This document shows positions 56,415 to 64,000 of a stretch of DNA of 64,000 bases, one piece after another. The DNA comes from Thermoplasmata archaeon (lineage in GTDB: Archaea; Thermoplasmatota; SW-10-69-26; JACQPN01; JAJPHT01), in contig JAXDQU010000106.1 in assembly GCA_034667685.1 (NCBI GenBank), forward strand, positions 64,001-128,000. The letters are read 5' to 3'. Numbering within the stretch: position 1 is the first letter of the stretch; every line of letters starts with the position of its first letter. The position numbers were made by a program, and so were the translations under genes. The notes beneath the pieces are model-generated. The model saw only the letters and a program-made list of their open reading frames with translations, made no database searches and was not told where the DNA came from.

Positions 56415-56552
56415 ATGCTGAAGACCACCCTCGTCACCCTCTCGCTCGCCTTGGGCACGCTCACGTTCGCCGGCATCGCCCTCGCTCAGGACCCGCTGCA
56501 TGGCGCCTGGACCTGCGGCGAGTGCGAGGCCTGCGGCAACCCGATCGTGTGA
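56415..56552 (+). CDS. 45-aa secreted Cys-rich peptide
   Basis: MLKTTLVTLSLALGTLTFAGIALA-QDPLHGAWTCGECEACGNPIV; clean signal peptide with an ALA cleavage site. Not in the ORF track. Confidence 0.6.
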   Translation: MLKTTLVTLSLALGTLTFAGIALAQDPLHGAWTCGECEACGNPIV

Positions 56553-56559
56553 TCCCGCG

Positions 56560-57060
56560 ATGGCCGACCTCGGCTTCGATCTTCTCGCGCAGCCCAGCGT
56601 CGCGACGCTCCCCCCGTTTCGCTTCGCGCACCACCGCGTCCGGGGGCCCTACGTGCCGTGGGCGCGCGTGGCGACGCTCGACGCCCTCGCCGAGGCGCTG
56701 GAGCGCGCCGGCGTCGACCGCGTGGGGCCCGCCTTCGGTGTCTACCACGACATGCCCTACAGCCCGCGCGAGGCGACGCACTGGACCGCCGACCTGGGCT
56801 ACCCCATCGCGGACGACGCCACGCTCCCCCCGCAGCCCGCCCTGCGCGTGCGCGACCTGCCCGCCGCGCGCGTCGTGGGCCTGCGCTACCGCGGCGACCT
56901 GGGCAGCTTCCCCGAGGCGTTGCAATACCTGCTCGAATGGAGCATGACGCGCGGCATCCCGCTGGAGGGTCCGTTGATGGAGCGCTTCCACGTCTCGAAC
57001 GCGCTCACCGGCGAGGAGGAGCGCGACGTGTACGTGGCGCTCGCGCCGCTCGACGCCTAG
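56560..57060 (+). CDS. GyrI-like small-molecule binding protein
   Basis: GPAFGVYHD.P, LPAARVV..RYRG....P.A...L.EW, GPLMERF. Confidence 0.82.
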   Translation: MADLGFDLLAQPSVATLPPFRFAHHRVRGPYVPWARVATLDALAEALERAGVDRVGPAFGVYHDMPYSPREATHWTADLGYPIADDATLPPQPALRVRDLPAARVVGLRYRGDLGSFPEALQYLLEWSMTRGIPLEGPLMERFHVSNALTGEEERDVYVALAPLDA

Positions 57061-57662
57061 CCACTATTCGCAGCGCGATAGAACACACGTTCAGCGTCCT
57101 GGACGATCGAAGCGAGGTCATGCGCTTCAGAAACCGATGCGTGATAAAGAATGGGATCCTCGGAGACGGGGGAATGTTTCAGGTAGTACCACTGGGTCGT
57201 CGTCCTCTCAAGACCTGGATCCGAGTATGTGACGTTCAGTACGTAGTAGATTGGTAGAGTGGTGTAGGTGACACCAAAGTCAACGTGGCCGCTGATTGGG
57301 GTCCCCGCGGGAATCTCATTGGCGTCCTCAAAACTGCCCGGAGTTTCCAAATTCGCTTTCTGAACGGAATCTATGGAAAGAACAGTCACCGTGAAATTGC
57401 CTGCGGCTCGCCCCCCGGTGTTCATGACCGAATAGTCGAGCCCGCGCGGACCGTTTGCAGTTGCGTTCCCTAGCAGATCAGACTGGAGTGAAAAGTACGG
57501 GCGCTGTTGGGCAAAGGCGCTGGCTTGGGTCTCCGCATTCTGCTTAATCGCGTCCTTGGCCACCGAAGCAGCTTGCCACGCGAATACTGCTGCCGCGACC
57601 GTAGCGGCGGCGACTGCGAGGTTCAGAACGACTTTGAGGCCATGTTCCCAGCGTGAAGCCAT
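57057..57662 (-). CDS. membrane-anchored hypothetical protein, lower GC
   Basis: N-terminal TM helix, QRPY...NTG..AA..F beta domain; atypical codon use. Confidence 0.6.
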   Translation of the reverse strand: MASRWEHGLKVVLNLAVAAATVAAAVFAWQAASVAKDAIKQNAETQASAFAQQRPYFSLQSDLLGNATANGPRGLDYSVMNTGGRAAGNFTVTVLSIDSVQKANLETPGSFEDANEIPAGTPISGHVDFGVTYTTLPIYYVLNVTYSDPGLERTTTQWYYLKHSPVSEDPILYHASVSEAHDLASIVQDAERVFYRAANSG

Positions 57663-57866
57663 TCGGCAGCGAAACCCCCATGCCGCCATAGTCTCTGCGC
57701 AAATCTCGCTGATGTTGCCACTGTTTCGAATGGAACTAAAAGAGAAATTGACCGCCACCGCCCTCGCGACCCGAGCATGCGGCGTACACCCCGCGGCGTC
57801 CGAACGCCGCCATGCGTAGCGCGGCTCCCACAACGCTTATCGCCGGAGGCGGGCGCTCGCCGCCCC

Positions 57867-59378
57867 ATGCGCCTGTTGCCGCTCGTCCTCCTCACGGCCC
57901 TCGTGGTCGGCTGCGTCTCGCCCTCGGCCACGACGCCCTCCCCGGGCGCGGCCGCGGCGCAGACGATGGGCGGCTGGACCCTCGACTGCGCGCCCAGCGC
58001 CGCCGAGCAGGCGCGCAACCCCTCCTGGCCGCAGGCGTGCGAGGCGCGCGCGAGCCACACGGCGGGCGCCAAGCAGGAGATCTGGACCGCGATCAACCCG
58101 AAGAACCCCGACAACGTCGTCATCGCGGCGAAGGACGACGACCCCGAGTCGTCGGCGAGCTGCGTCTGGAACGGCGTGTTCGTGACGCTGGACGGCGGCA
58201 AGACGTGGAAGGACGTCGTGATCGGCGGCAAGTACGCCGACCGCGATCCGACCTCGCCCTACTACGGCTACGCGTGCAACACCGACCCGGACTTCCGCTT
58301 CACGAGCGACGGGCTGCTCCACTACGGCGTCGAGATGTACAACCTCGCCGCGCAGAGCGCATGGGGCCCCGGCCCTGACAACCCGGTCTACCACATGCTG
58401 CCCGGGGGCGAAGGCATCCCGATGGACGGCTACAAGATCCTCCTCGCCACGAGCGCCGATGGCGGGCTCACGTGGCCCACGGTCATCACGTTCCAGCCCG
58501 ACGAGTTCGTGACCACCGACTTCAGCCGCATGACGGTGAACCCGGTGGACGATGCGATCCTCGAGGCCATCGGCTCCGACGGCGGGCAGGGGTGCCACGT
58601 GCTCCGCTCGCTGGACGACGGCAAGAGCGCGCAGCCCCCCGTCGAGGTCGTGACGCCGCTGGGCCTGCCGTGCAACTCCGGCGCGCAGACGGCCATCGCG
58701 GCCTCGCCCAAGGGCACCATCGTCCTGATGGGCGGGAGCGTGACGGACCCCACGTCGAGCAGCGCGAACGACACGCCCATCGTCGTGCGCTCCACCGACG
58801 ACGGCGCGACGTGGATGGACTACAACGCCGGGTTCGGCTTCGCGCAGATCCCGCAGTTCAAGGAGAGCCAGGCGCGCGACGAGTCGCTGGTCGAGATCGC
58901 CTATGACCTCTCCAACGGCACGCGCCGCGGCACGCTCTACGCCGTCTACGCCGCGCAGGATGGCAAGGACGAGTCCGACATCCTCCTGCGCGCCTCGCCC
59001 GACGACGGCAAGACGTGGACGCCCGCGGTGCGCGTCAACCAGGACGGCACGGAGGCCCACCACTGGATGCCCAACCTCGCCGTCGCGGGCGACGGGAGCG
59101 TCCACGTCTTCTTCCTCGACAAGACGTACGACCCCGCGCGCAAGCTCATCGACGTCACGCACGCCGTGAGCCTCGACGGGGGCAAGACGTGGCAGACGCA
59201 GCGCGTCTCCAGCGTCCCCTTCGACGGTGACCTGGGCGTCCACCAGAACGGCTTCCCGTTCGTCGGCGACTACCTGGGCGTCGCATGCGGTGCCACCGAC
59301 TGCTGGGCCGGGTTCCCCGACGCCAGCAACGGACAGGTCACGGTCGTCGCCGCGGCCCACGTCACGAAGACGGGCTGA
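57867..59378 (+). CDS. lipoprotein with a sialidase-like BNR beta-propeller
   Basis: Lipobox VVGC, AINPKNPDN, repeated S.DGG.TW, FVGDYLGV. Confidence 0.85.
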   Translation: MRLLPLVLLTALVVGCVSPSATTPSPGAAAAQTMGGWTLDCAPSAAEQARNPSWPQACEARASHTAGAKQEIWTAINPKNPDNVVIAAKDDDPESSASCVWNGVFVTLDGGKTWKDVVIGGKYADRDPTSPYYGYACNTDPDFRFTSDGLLHYGVEMYNLAAQSAWGPGPDNPVYHMLPGGEGIPMDGYKILLATSADGGLTWPTVITFQPDEFVTTDFSRMTVNPVDDAILEAIGSDGGQGCHVLRSLDDGKSAQPPVEVVTPLGLPCNSGAQTAIAASPKGTIVLMGGSVTDPTSSSANDTPIVVRSTDDGATWMDYNAGFGFAQIPQFKESQARDESLVEIAYDLSNGTRRGTLYAVYAAQDGKDESDILLRASPDDGKTWTPAVRVNQDGTEAHHWMPNLAVAGDGSVHVFFLDKTYDPARKLIDVTHAVSLDGGKTWQTQRVSSVPFDGDLGVHQNGFPFVGDYLGVACGATDCWAGFPDASNGQVTVVAAAHVTKTG

Positions 59379-59399
59379 GGGCTGCCGCGCTTCTTCCGA

Positions 59400-59505
59400 G
59401 TGACCCCGAGAGGAAACCCGACGAACCCGAGGACCCGGGAACCCGCGTTCTTGCGCCTCGGGTATGCGGGGTCCTCGGGTTCATCGGGTTTCCTCTCGGG
59501 GTCAC
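59400..59505. repeat. long inverted repeat (37-bp arms, 1 mismatch) between convergent genes
   Basis: GTGACCCCGAGAGGAAACCCGACGAACCCGAGGACCC and its reverse complement at 59469-59505. Confidence 0.92.
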
Positions 59506-59639
59506 GCACGGAGCCCAGCGCCAGGGCTGGAGCAGAGCACGTGGAAAAAGGAAAGGAGCGCGCCGCGGCGCGCCCAAGGGCGAGCTTACAGCTGCGCTTC
59601 GACACGGCCGGGCTGCGGCCCGGCCTGTCTCGACTCAGC

Positions 59640-60269
59640 TTACAGCTGAGCCTCGAAGTCGTCGACGGTCAGCGTGAAGTCGCTGTCCGAGGCGAGCTTG
59701 CCCTGCGCCTTGAGGACCTCGCGGGTGAGGATCCAGTAGACGAGCGCGAGGCTGCGGCGACCCTTGTTGTTCGTGGGGATCACGACGTCGACGTTGCGCG
59801 TCTCGTTGTTCGTGTCCGCCAGCGCGATGATCGGGATGCCGATGTTGAGCGCCTCGCGCATCGACTGCGCGTCGCCCGCGGGGTCCGTGAGCACGATGAG
59901 CTCGGGCTCGATGAACTGCGAGGTCTGCGGGTTCGTGAGCGTGCCGGGCATGAAGCGGCCCGCGATCGCCACGGCGCCCACCTGCTTGGCGAGCATGCGG
60001 ATCGGCTTCTGGCCGTACTGGCGCGCGGAGACGAAGAGGACCTTGCCCGGGTCGTAGCGCGCGATCATCTTGGCGGCGGCGCGGAGGCGCTCGTCGGTCT
60101 TCTTGACGTCGAGGACGAAGAGGCCGTCGTTGCGGACGCGGTAGATGAACTCCTCCATGTCCGCGTTCTTCTGCTGCGTGCCGATGTGGACGCCGCACGA
60201 GAGGTACTGGTCCTCCGGGACGAGGCTCTCGTAGCCGGCGAGGCTCTGCTCGATCTCCTGCTGGGGCAT
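59640..60269 (-). CDS. rps2: 30S ribosomal protein S2
   Basis: GVHIGTQQK, GRFMPGTLTNP, VVIPTNNKGRRSL. Confidence 0.97.
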   Translation of the reverse strand: MPQQEIEQSLAGYESLVPEDQYLSCGVHIGTQQKNADMEEFIYRVRNDGLFVLDVKKTDERLRAAAKMIARYDPGKVLFVSARQYGQKPIRMLAKQVGAVAIAGRFMPGTLTNPQTSQFIEPELIVLTDPAGDAQSMREALNIGIPIIALADTNNETRNVDVVIPTNNKGRRSLALVYWILTREVLKAQGKLASDSDFTLTVDDFEAQL

Positions 60270-60946
60270 TCTGGGTCTCACCTCAATGCGCCACGGGCGC
60301 AGCCCGCAGCGGGTATCGCCCGGGGACCGGGCTGGAATGCTGCGGCGATGCGAGGCGCCCTATTTAACGGCTGGGGCCACCGGCTCAGACCAGGTCCTGG
60401 ATCCTCTCGCGCATCTCCTGCGCGCCGGGCCTTGCGCGGCCCGCCCCCCTCACGCACCAACAATGCCTTCCGGCCGCGCGAGGTCGTGCTGCTCCAGGCG
60501 CTTGACGCCCCAGCGGTCGCGCCACCCGTGGGGACGAGCAGGCCAGCGTCAGCCCCGCGATGGCAAGGATGGCGACCGCGAGCCCCACGAACGGCCCCAG
60601 CCCGCTGCCCGTCGCGGCCGCGGAGGCCAGCGAGGCGCCGAACCACGCGAGGATGCTGCCCGAGACGAACGCCACGCGCCAGCGCCGCGAGGGATCGCGG
60701 ACGCGCGTAGGTGAGCACCGCCACGAAGAGGGGCGCGTCGACGTTGAGCGTGAACGACTGCCCGCCCGTGGGCATCGGGCCGGGCTTCTCCGGGAAAGCC
60801 CACAAGCCCATTTCGGGTTTCCGCGCGGACAACGCCCGTCCTAGGCCTCGTCGTCCAAACTCGATTCCGGATGCGAAACGCGATGTCCCCCGCGGCCACC
60901 CAACGTCTCGTGCCCCGCCACGCGCGGAGCACGAGAGTGCTGAGAC

Positions 60947-61156
60947 ATGAAGACCATCCTCCTGACGCTCGCCGCCCTGCTCGCGATCTCCGGCTCCGCC
61001 GCCGCCGACATCCAGGCCCACGCGGTCGCGACCCTGCCCGACGGCTCCACGCACACCCTCGACGCGACGATCGGCGACGACGGCACCGCCACCGTCCTCG
61101 TCGACGGAGCGCCCGTCGGCGCGCCTGCCGTGCCGGCCCTCCCCGTCCTTCCCTGA
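60947..61156 (+). CDS. small secreted protein (69 aa)
   Basis: Signal peptide MKTILL...AAA and a Pro-rich tail. Confidence 0.65.
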   Translation: MKTILLTLAALLAISGSAAADIQAHAVATLPDGSTHTLDATIGDDGTATVLVDGAPVGAPAVPALPVLP

Positions 61157-61233
61157 AGCCAAGGACACAGACAGCATAGCTCCCGCTGCGGGCGCAGGCT
61201 TGGGTGCCGGCCCGCGGCTTCGGGGCAGCGGCG

Positions 61234-62595
61234 TCAGACGCCGACGCAGCTGCCGATGCCCCGCACGAAGCTGCCTACGCACGACCCAGCGTGGACCGCC
61301 CCCGCCTCGTCCCGCGTCAGGCTCGCCGATTCCTGGGTCCAGCCGGTGTTGTGGTAGATCGAGGCCCCGGTGGCGTCACCCGTCGCGACGGAGACGTCTT
61401 CGCAGGTGAAGATCGCGACGCCCGAGGCGCAGTTCCATGCGTCGGAGCCGCGAGCGCCCAACGCGGAGTACCCATCTGTCGGGCCGATCCGGTCGTGCCC
61501 CTCGCTGACCCCGCCCGTGTCGAAGCTGTGGAAGCCGCCTCCCACCGGGTACTCGGCGAACCAGGCCCAGCCCGTGACCCGACCGTCGGACGAGCGGTCC
61601 ACGTGGCCCATCTGGTACCAGACGAGGGGAGCGGCGCTGCCCCCGTCGAGGCTGCCGCTCGTGTCGTCGCGCAGCGTCAGCCATTCGTATGCCGCGAGCG
61701 TGCCAGCGCCGGCGGTCGTCGCCCCCTGCCCCCGGTGGACGTAGGTCGATCCGGCCACGAGATACGCGTAGGCTCCGGCGCCCCCGCCGCCGTAGGAGGT
61801 GCTCACGAGGAGGGCGTTGGCGTTGAGCAGGTCGACCCCCACGGGCGCTGCGACGACGTGATCCACGTCGAGGGAGAGGGCGTCGTCGCTCGTGTCCAGG
61901 TCGTCGCCGATCCTCGCCCAGAGCGTGGACCCGCCGACCTCGCCGGTGGAATCCCATGGAATCGTGAACGTCCGGGTCTCGCCGACCCCAAGGGCGAACG
62001 CGGAGGAGAAGAGATCGCGGTAGCCGTTGGAGACCTTCGCGCTCACGTAGACGTCGAGGCGCGCTTGCGCCGCCGCGGCCGTGCCGTGGTTGTCCACGAC
62101 GAGCGTGACGTTGCGGACTTCCGTGGCCGTCGTGCCCGTCGGGGCGCTCACGTCCAGCGAGACGACCCTCAGGTCGGGTACCGCGAGCTCCGCTGCGGAG
62201 AAGGCGTAGGAGCCCGCCTCGCCTCCGGGGCTGAAGACGCCGAGCCGGATCGCCCCCGTCTGGCTCTCCACGGTGGTGCGCGGACTCTCGCCGAGGTACG
62301 CTCCATCCGAGTCATAGAAGGCGAGCACGAAGTCCGCGTGGGTTTGGAACTCCACGCGCAGGGCCATGCCCGGATGGGGGAAGACCTGGTACCAATCCTG
62401 CGCATCGCCGTGGGCCGGGTCGAGCGCGCCCGAATCATTTCCGAAGGTGAGGTTGAGCGGAGCCTCGGCCGTCTCGGGCGCGTCGCCCCCCGTGCCGGCA
62501 TCGTTCGCCGGAGCCGCGGCCGCGAGCCCCAAGAACGGCGTCAGCGAGAGCGCAAGGGCCGCAAGGACACAGCGCGTGCCAAAGGATCGGCGCAT
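61234..62595 (-). CDS. secreted protein with PPC-like and CARDB-like domains
   Basis: NDAGTGGDAP...DWY; PDLRV...V.NHG..AA...FTIPWD. Confidence 0.7.
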   Translation of the reverse strand: MRRSFGTRCVLAALALSLTPFLGLAAAAPANDAGTGGDAPETAEAPLNLTFGNDSGALDPAHGDAQDWYQVFPHPGMALRVEFQTHADFVLAFYDSDGAYLGESPRTTVESQTGAIRLGVFSPGGEAGSYAFSAAELAVPDLRVVSLDVSAPTGTTATEVRNVTLVVDNHGTAAAAQARLDVYVSAKVSNGYRDLFSSAFALGVGETRTFTIPWDSTGEVGGSTLWARIGDDLDTSDDALSLDVDHVVAAPVGVDLLNANALLVSTSYGGGGAGAYAYLVAGSTYVHRGQGATTAGAGTLAAYEWLTLRDDTSGSLDGGSAAPLVWYQMGHVDRSSDGRVTGWAWFAEYPVGGGFHSFDTGGVSEGHDRIGPTDGYSALGARGSDAWNCASGVAIFTCEDVSVATGDATGASIYHNTGWTQESASLTRDEAGAVHAGSCVGSFVRGIGSCVGV

Positions 62596-62656
62596 GGCGC
62601 TGGCATAAGACGCCCCACCATAAGCATTCGGGACGCCAACTCCAGAGGCCTTTGGC

Positions 62657-63856
62657 TTACAGCTCCTCTTCGATCCGGATCAGCTCATTCAGCTTCGCGA
62701 TGCGCTCGCCTCCGACCGCGCCCGTCTTGATCCCGAAGCATCCGAACGCGGCGCCGATGTGCGCGATGGCGTCGTCGGTCGTCTCGCCGCTGCGGTGGCT
62801 GATGATCGTCTTGTAGCCGTTGTCGTGGGCGAGCTGGATCGTCTCGACGGTGCGCGAGAGCGTGCCGATCTGGTTGGGCTTCACGAGGATGGCGTTGGCG
62901 GCGCCCAGGTCGATGCCCTTGCGGAGGCGCTCGGGGCTGGTGGTGAAGAGGTCGTCGCCCACGAGGAGCGTCTTGGCGCCGATCTTCTTGGTGATCGCGA
63001 CCCAGCCGTCCCAGTCGTCTTCGGCGAGGCCGTCCTCGATGCTCACGATGTTGAAGCGTTTGGCGAGGTCGGCGAGGTACTCGACCTGGTCCGCGCTCGT
63101 CTTCTTGCCGTCCTTGTAGCCGTAGGCCTTGCCGTCCCACAGCTCGGTGGCGGCGACGTCGAGCGCGAGGCGCACCTCGAAGCCGAACTTGTCCTGCGCG
63201 AGGCCGCAGGCATGGTGGACGAGCTCCGCCGCGTCGGTGTTGCCGATGGGCGCGGTCCAGGCGCCCTCGTCCCCCTTGCCCAGGCTCTGGCCGGGGTACT
63301 TCTCCTTGAGAAGGCGCTTGACCTCCTTGTGGACGAACGCATTGGCGAAGACGCTCTCTTCGACCGTGGGCCCGAGCGCGACCGCCATGTACTCCTGGAT
63401 GTCGGTGCCGCCCACGGCGTGCGCGCCGCCGCCGAGCACGTTGCCGAACGGCCGGGGCAGCTTGCCCACGAACGCGCCGCCCAGGTACGCGTAGAGCGGG
63501 AGGTCGAGCGAGTGCGCGGCGCAGCGCGCGACGGCCAGGCTGGTCGCGACGGCGAGGTTGCCGCCGATCCGCGCGAAGTTGTCCGTCCCGTCGAGCTCCA
63601 CGAGCACGTCGTCGATCTCGCGCTGGAGGAGCACGTCGACGCCGACCAGCTCCGCCGTGACCTGCTCGCTCCCCAGGCGGACGCTCTCCTCGACGCCGCC
63701 GGGCGCCCACGCCGCGACCTCGTGCGCGCCCGTGGAGGCGCCGCTGGGCGCGGCCGCGCGGCCGAAGCCGTCCTCCGCCACGACGTCGACCTCGACGGTG
63801 GCGTTGCCGCGCGAGTCCAGGATCCTGCGGAAGAATACCTCTTGGATGGCGCCCAT
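62657..63856 (-). CDS. eno: enolase
   Basis: ILDSRGNATVE, PSGASTG, IQEY, GDEG, VGDDLF, KPNQIG, SHRSGET. Confidence 0.97.
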   Translation of the reverse strand: MGAIQEVFFRRILDSRGNATVEVDVVAEDGFGRAAAPSGASTGAHEVAAWAPGGVEESVRLGSEQVTAELVGVDVLLQREIDDVLVELDGTDNFARIGGNLAVATSLAVARCAAHSLDLPLYAYLGGAFVGKLPRPFGNVLGGGAHAVGGTDIQEYMAVALGPTVEESVFANAFVHKEVKRLLKEKYPGQSLGKGDEGAWTAPIGNTDAAELVHHACGLAQDKFGFEVRLALDVAATELWDGKAYGYKDGKKTSADQVEYLADLAKRFNIVSIEDGLAEDDWDGWVAITKKIGAKTLLVGDDLFTTSPERLRKGIDLGAANAILVKPNQIGTLSRTVETIQLAHDNGYKTIISHRSGETTDDAIAHIGAAFGCFGIKTGAVGGERIAKLNELIRIEEEL

Positions 63857-63955
63857 GCGATTCGACCTACGGCGCGGCGAGCGCCACGAGGCGCATAATC
63901 CTGACGCCGAGACGCGAGGATCCATGTGACGTCGGGAGGCCGGAAGAGGGGAAGG

Positions 63956-64000
63956 GAGGAAGAGAGGAACCGGACGACCCGCCCGGTTTCCTCTCTTCCT
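63956..64000. repeat. inverted repeat truncated by the window end, related to the 59400 element
   Basis: AGGAAGAGAGGAACCGG...CCGGTTTCCTCTCTTCCT; shares GAGAGGAA and GGTTTCCTCTC with 59400-59505. Confidence 0.65.

Overview
High-GC archaeal chromosome segment, most likely Thermoplasmatota (inferred from the archaeal aroA'/aroB'/GHMP-aroK pathway, GGGP/DGGGP synthases, Rpo11, Csl4, NMD3, PAC2, dnaJ and many PKD/wHTH surface proteins). The housekeeping backbone is a complete shikimate operon, ether-lipid genes, nmd3-DUF424, lhr, truD-rpoL-csl4-METTL5, dnaJ, tRNA-Gly(CCC), uppS, maeB, truA, an SNF2 helicase, rps2 and eno. Accessory highlights: (1) a cassette of two TrmB regulators, an archaeosortase and its apparent cognate substrate, a DUF3494 ice-binding domain on a 106-triplet, sequon-studded collagen stalk ending in an atypical VPFFP sorting signal; (2) a tandem-AbrB gene preceded by four 12-bp-phased CTAG repeats and followed by two convergent paralogous serine recombinases with no visible cargo; (3) a Zim-like (CTAG) methyltransferase, with rare CTAG sites concentrated in palindromic elements where local strand skew flips; (4) a strongly over-represented octamer TGATATCA/TGATAGCA; (5) a 2024-aa surface protein fused to a pseudo-M50 membrane domain; (6) several long intergenic inverted repeats, a pseudoknot-like RNA element and small proteins missing from the ORF track. 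All calls come from reading motifs by eye; no searches were run and counts are manual.
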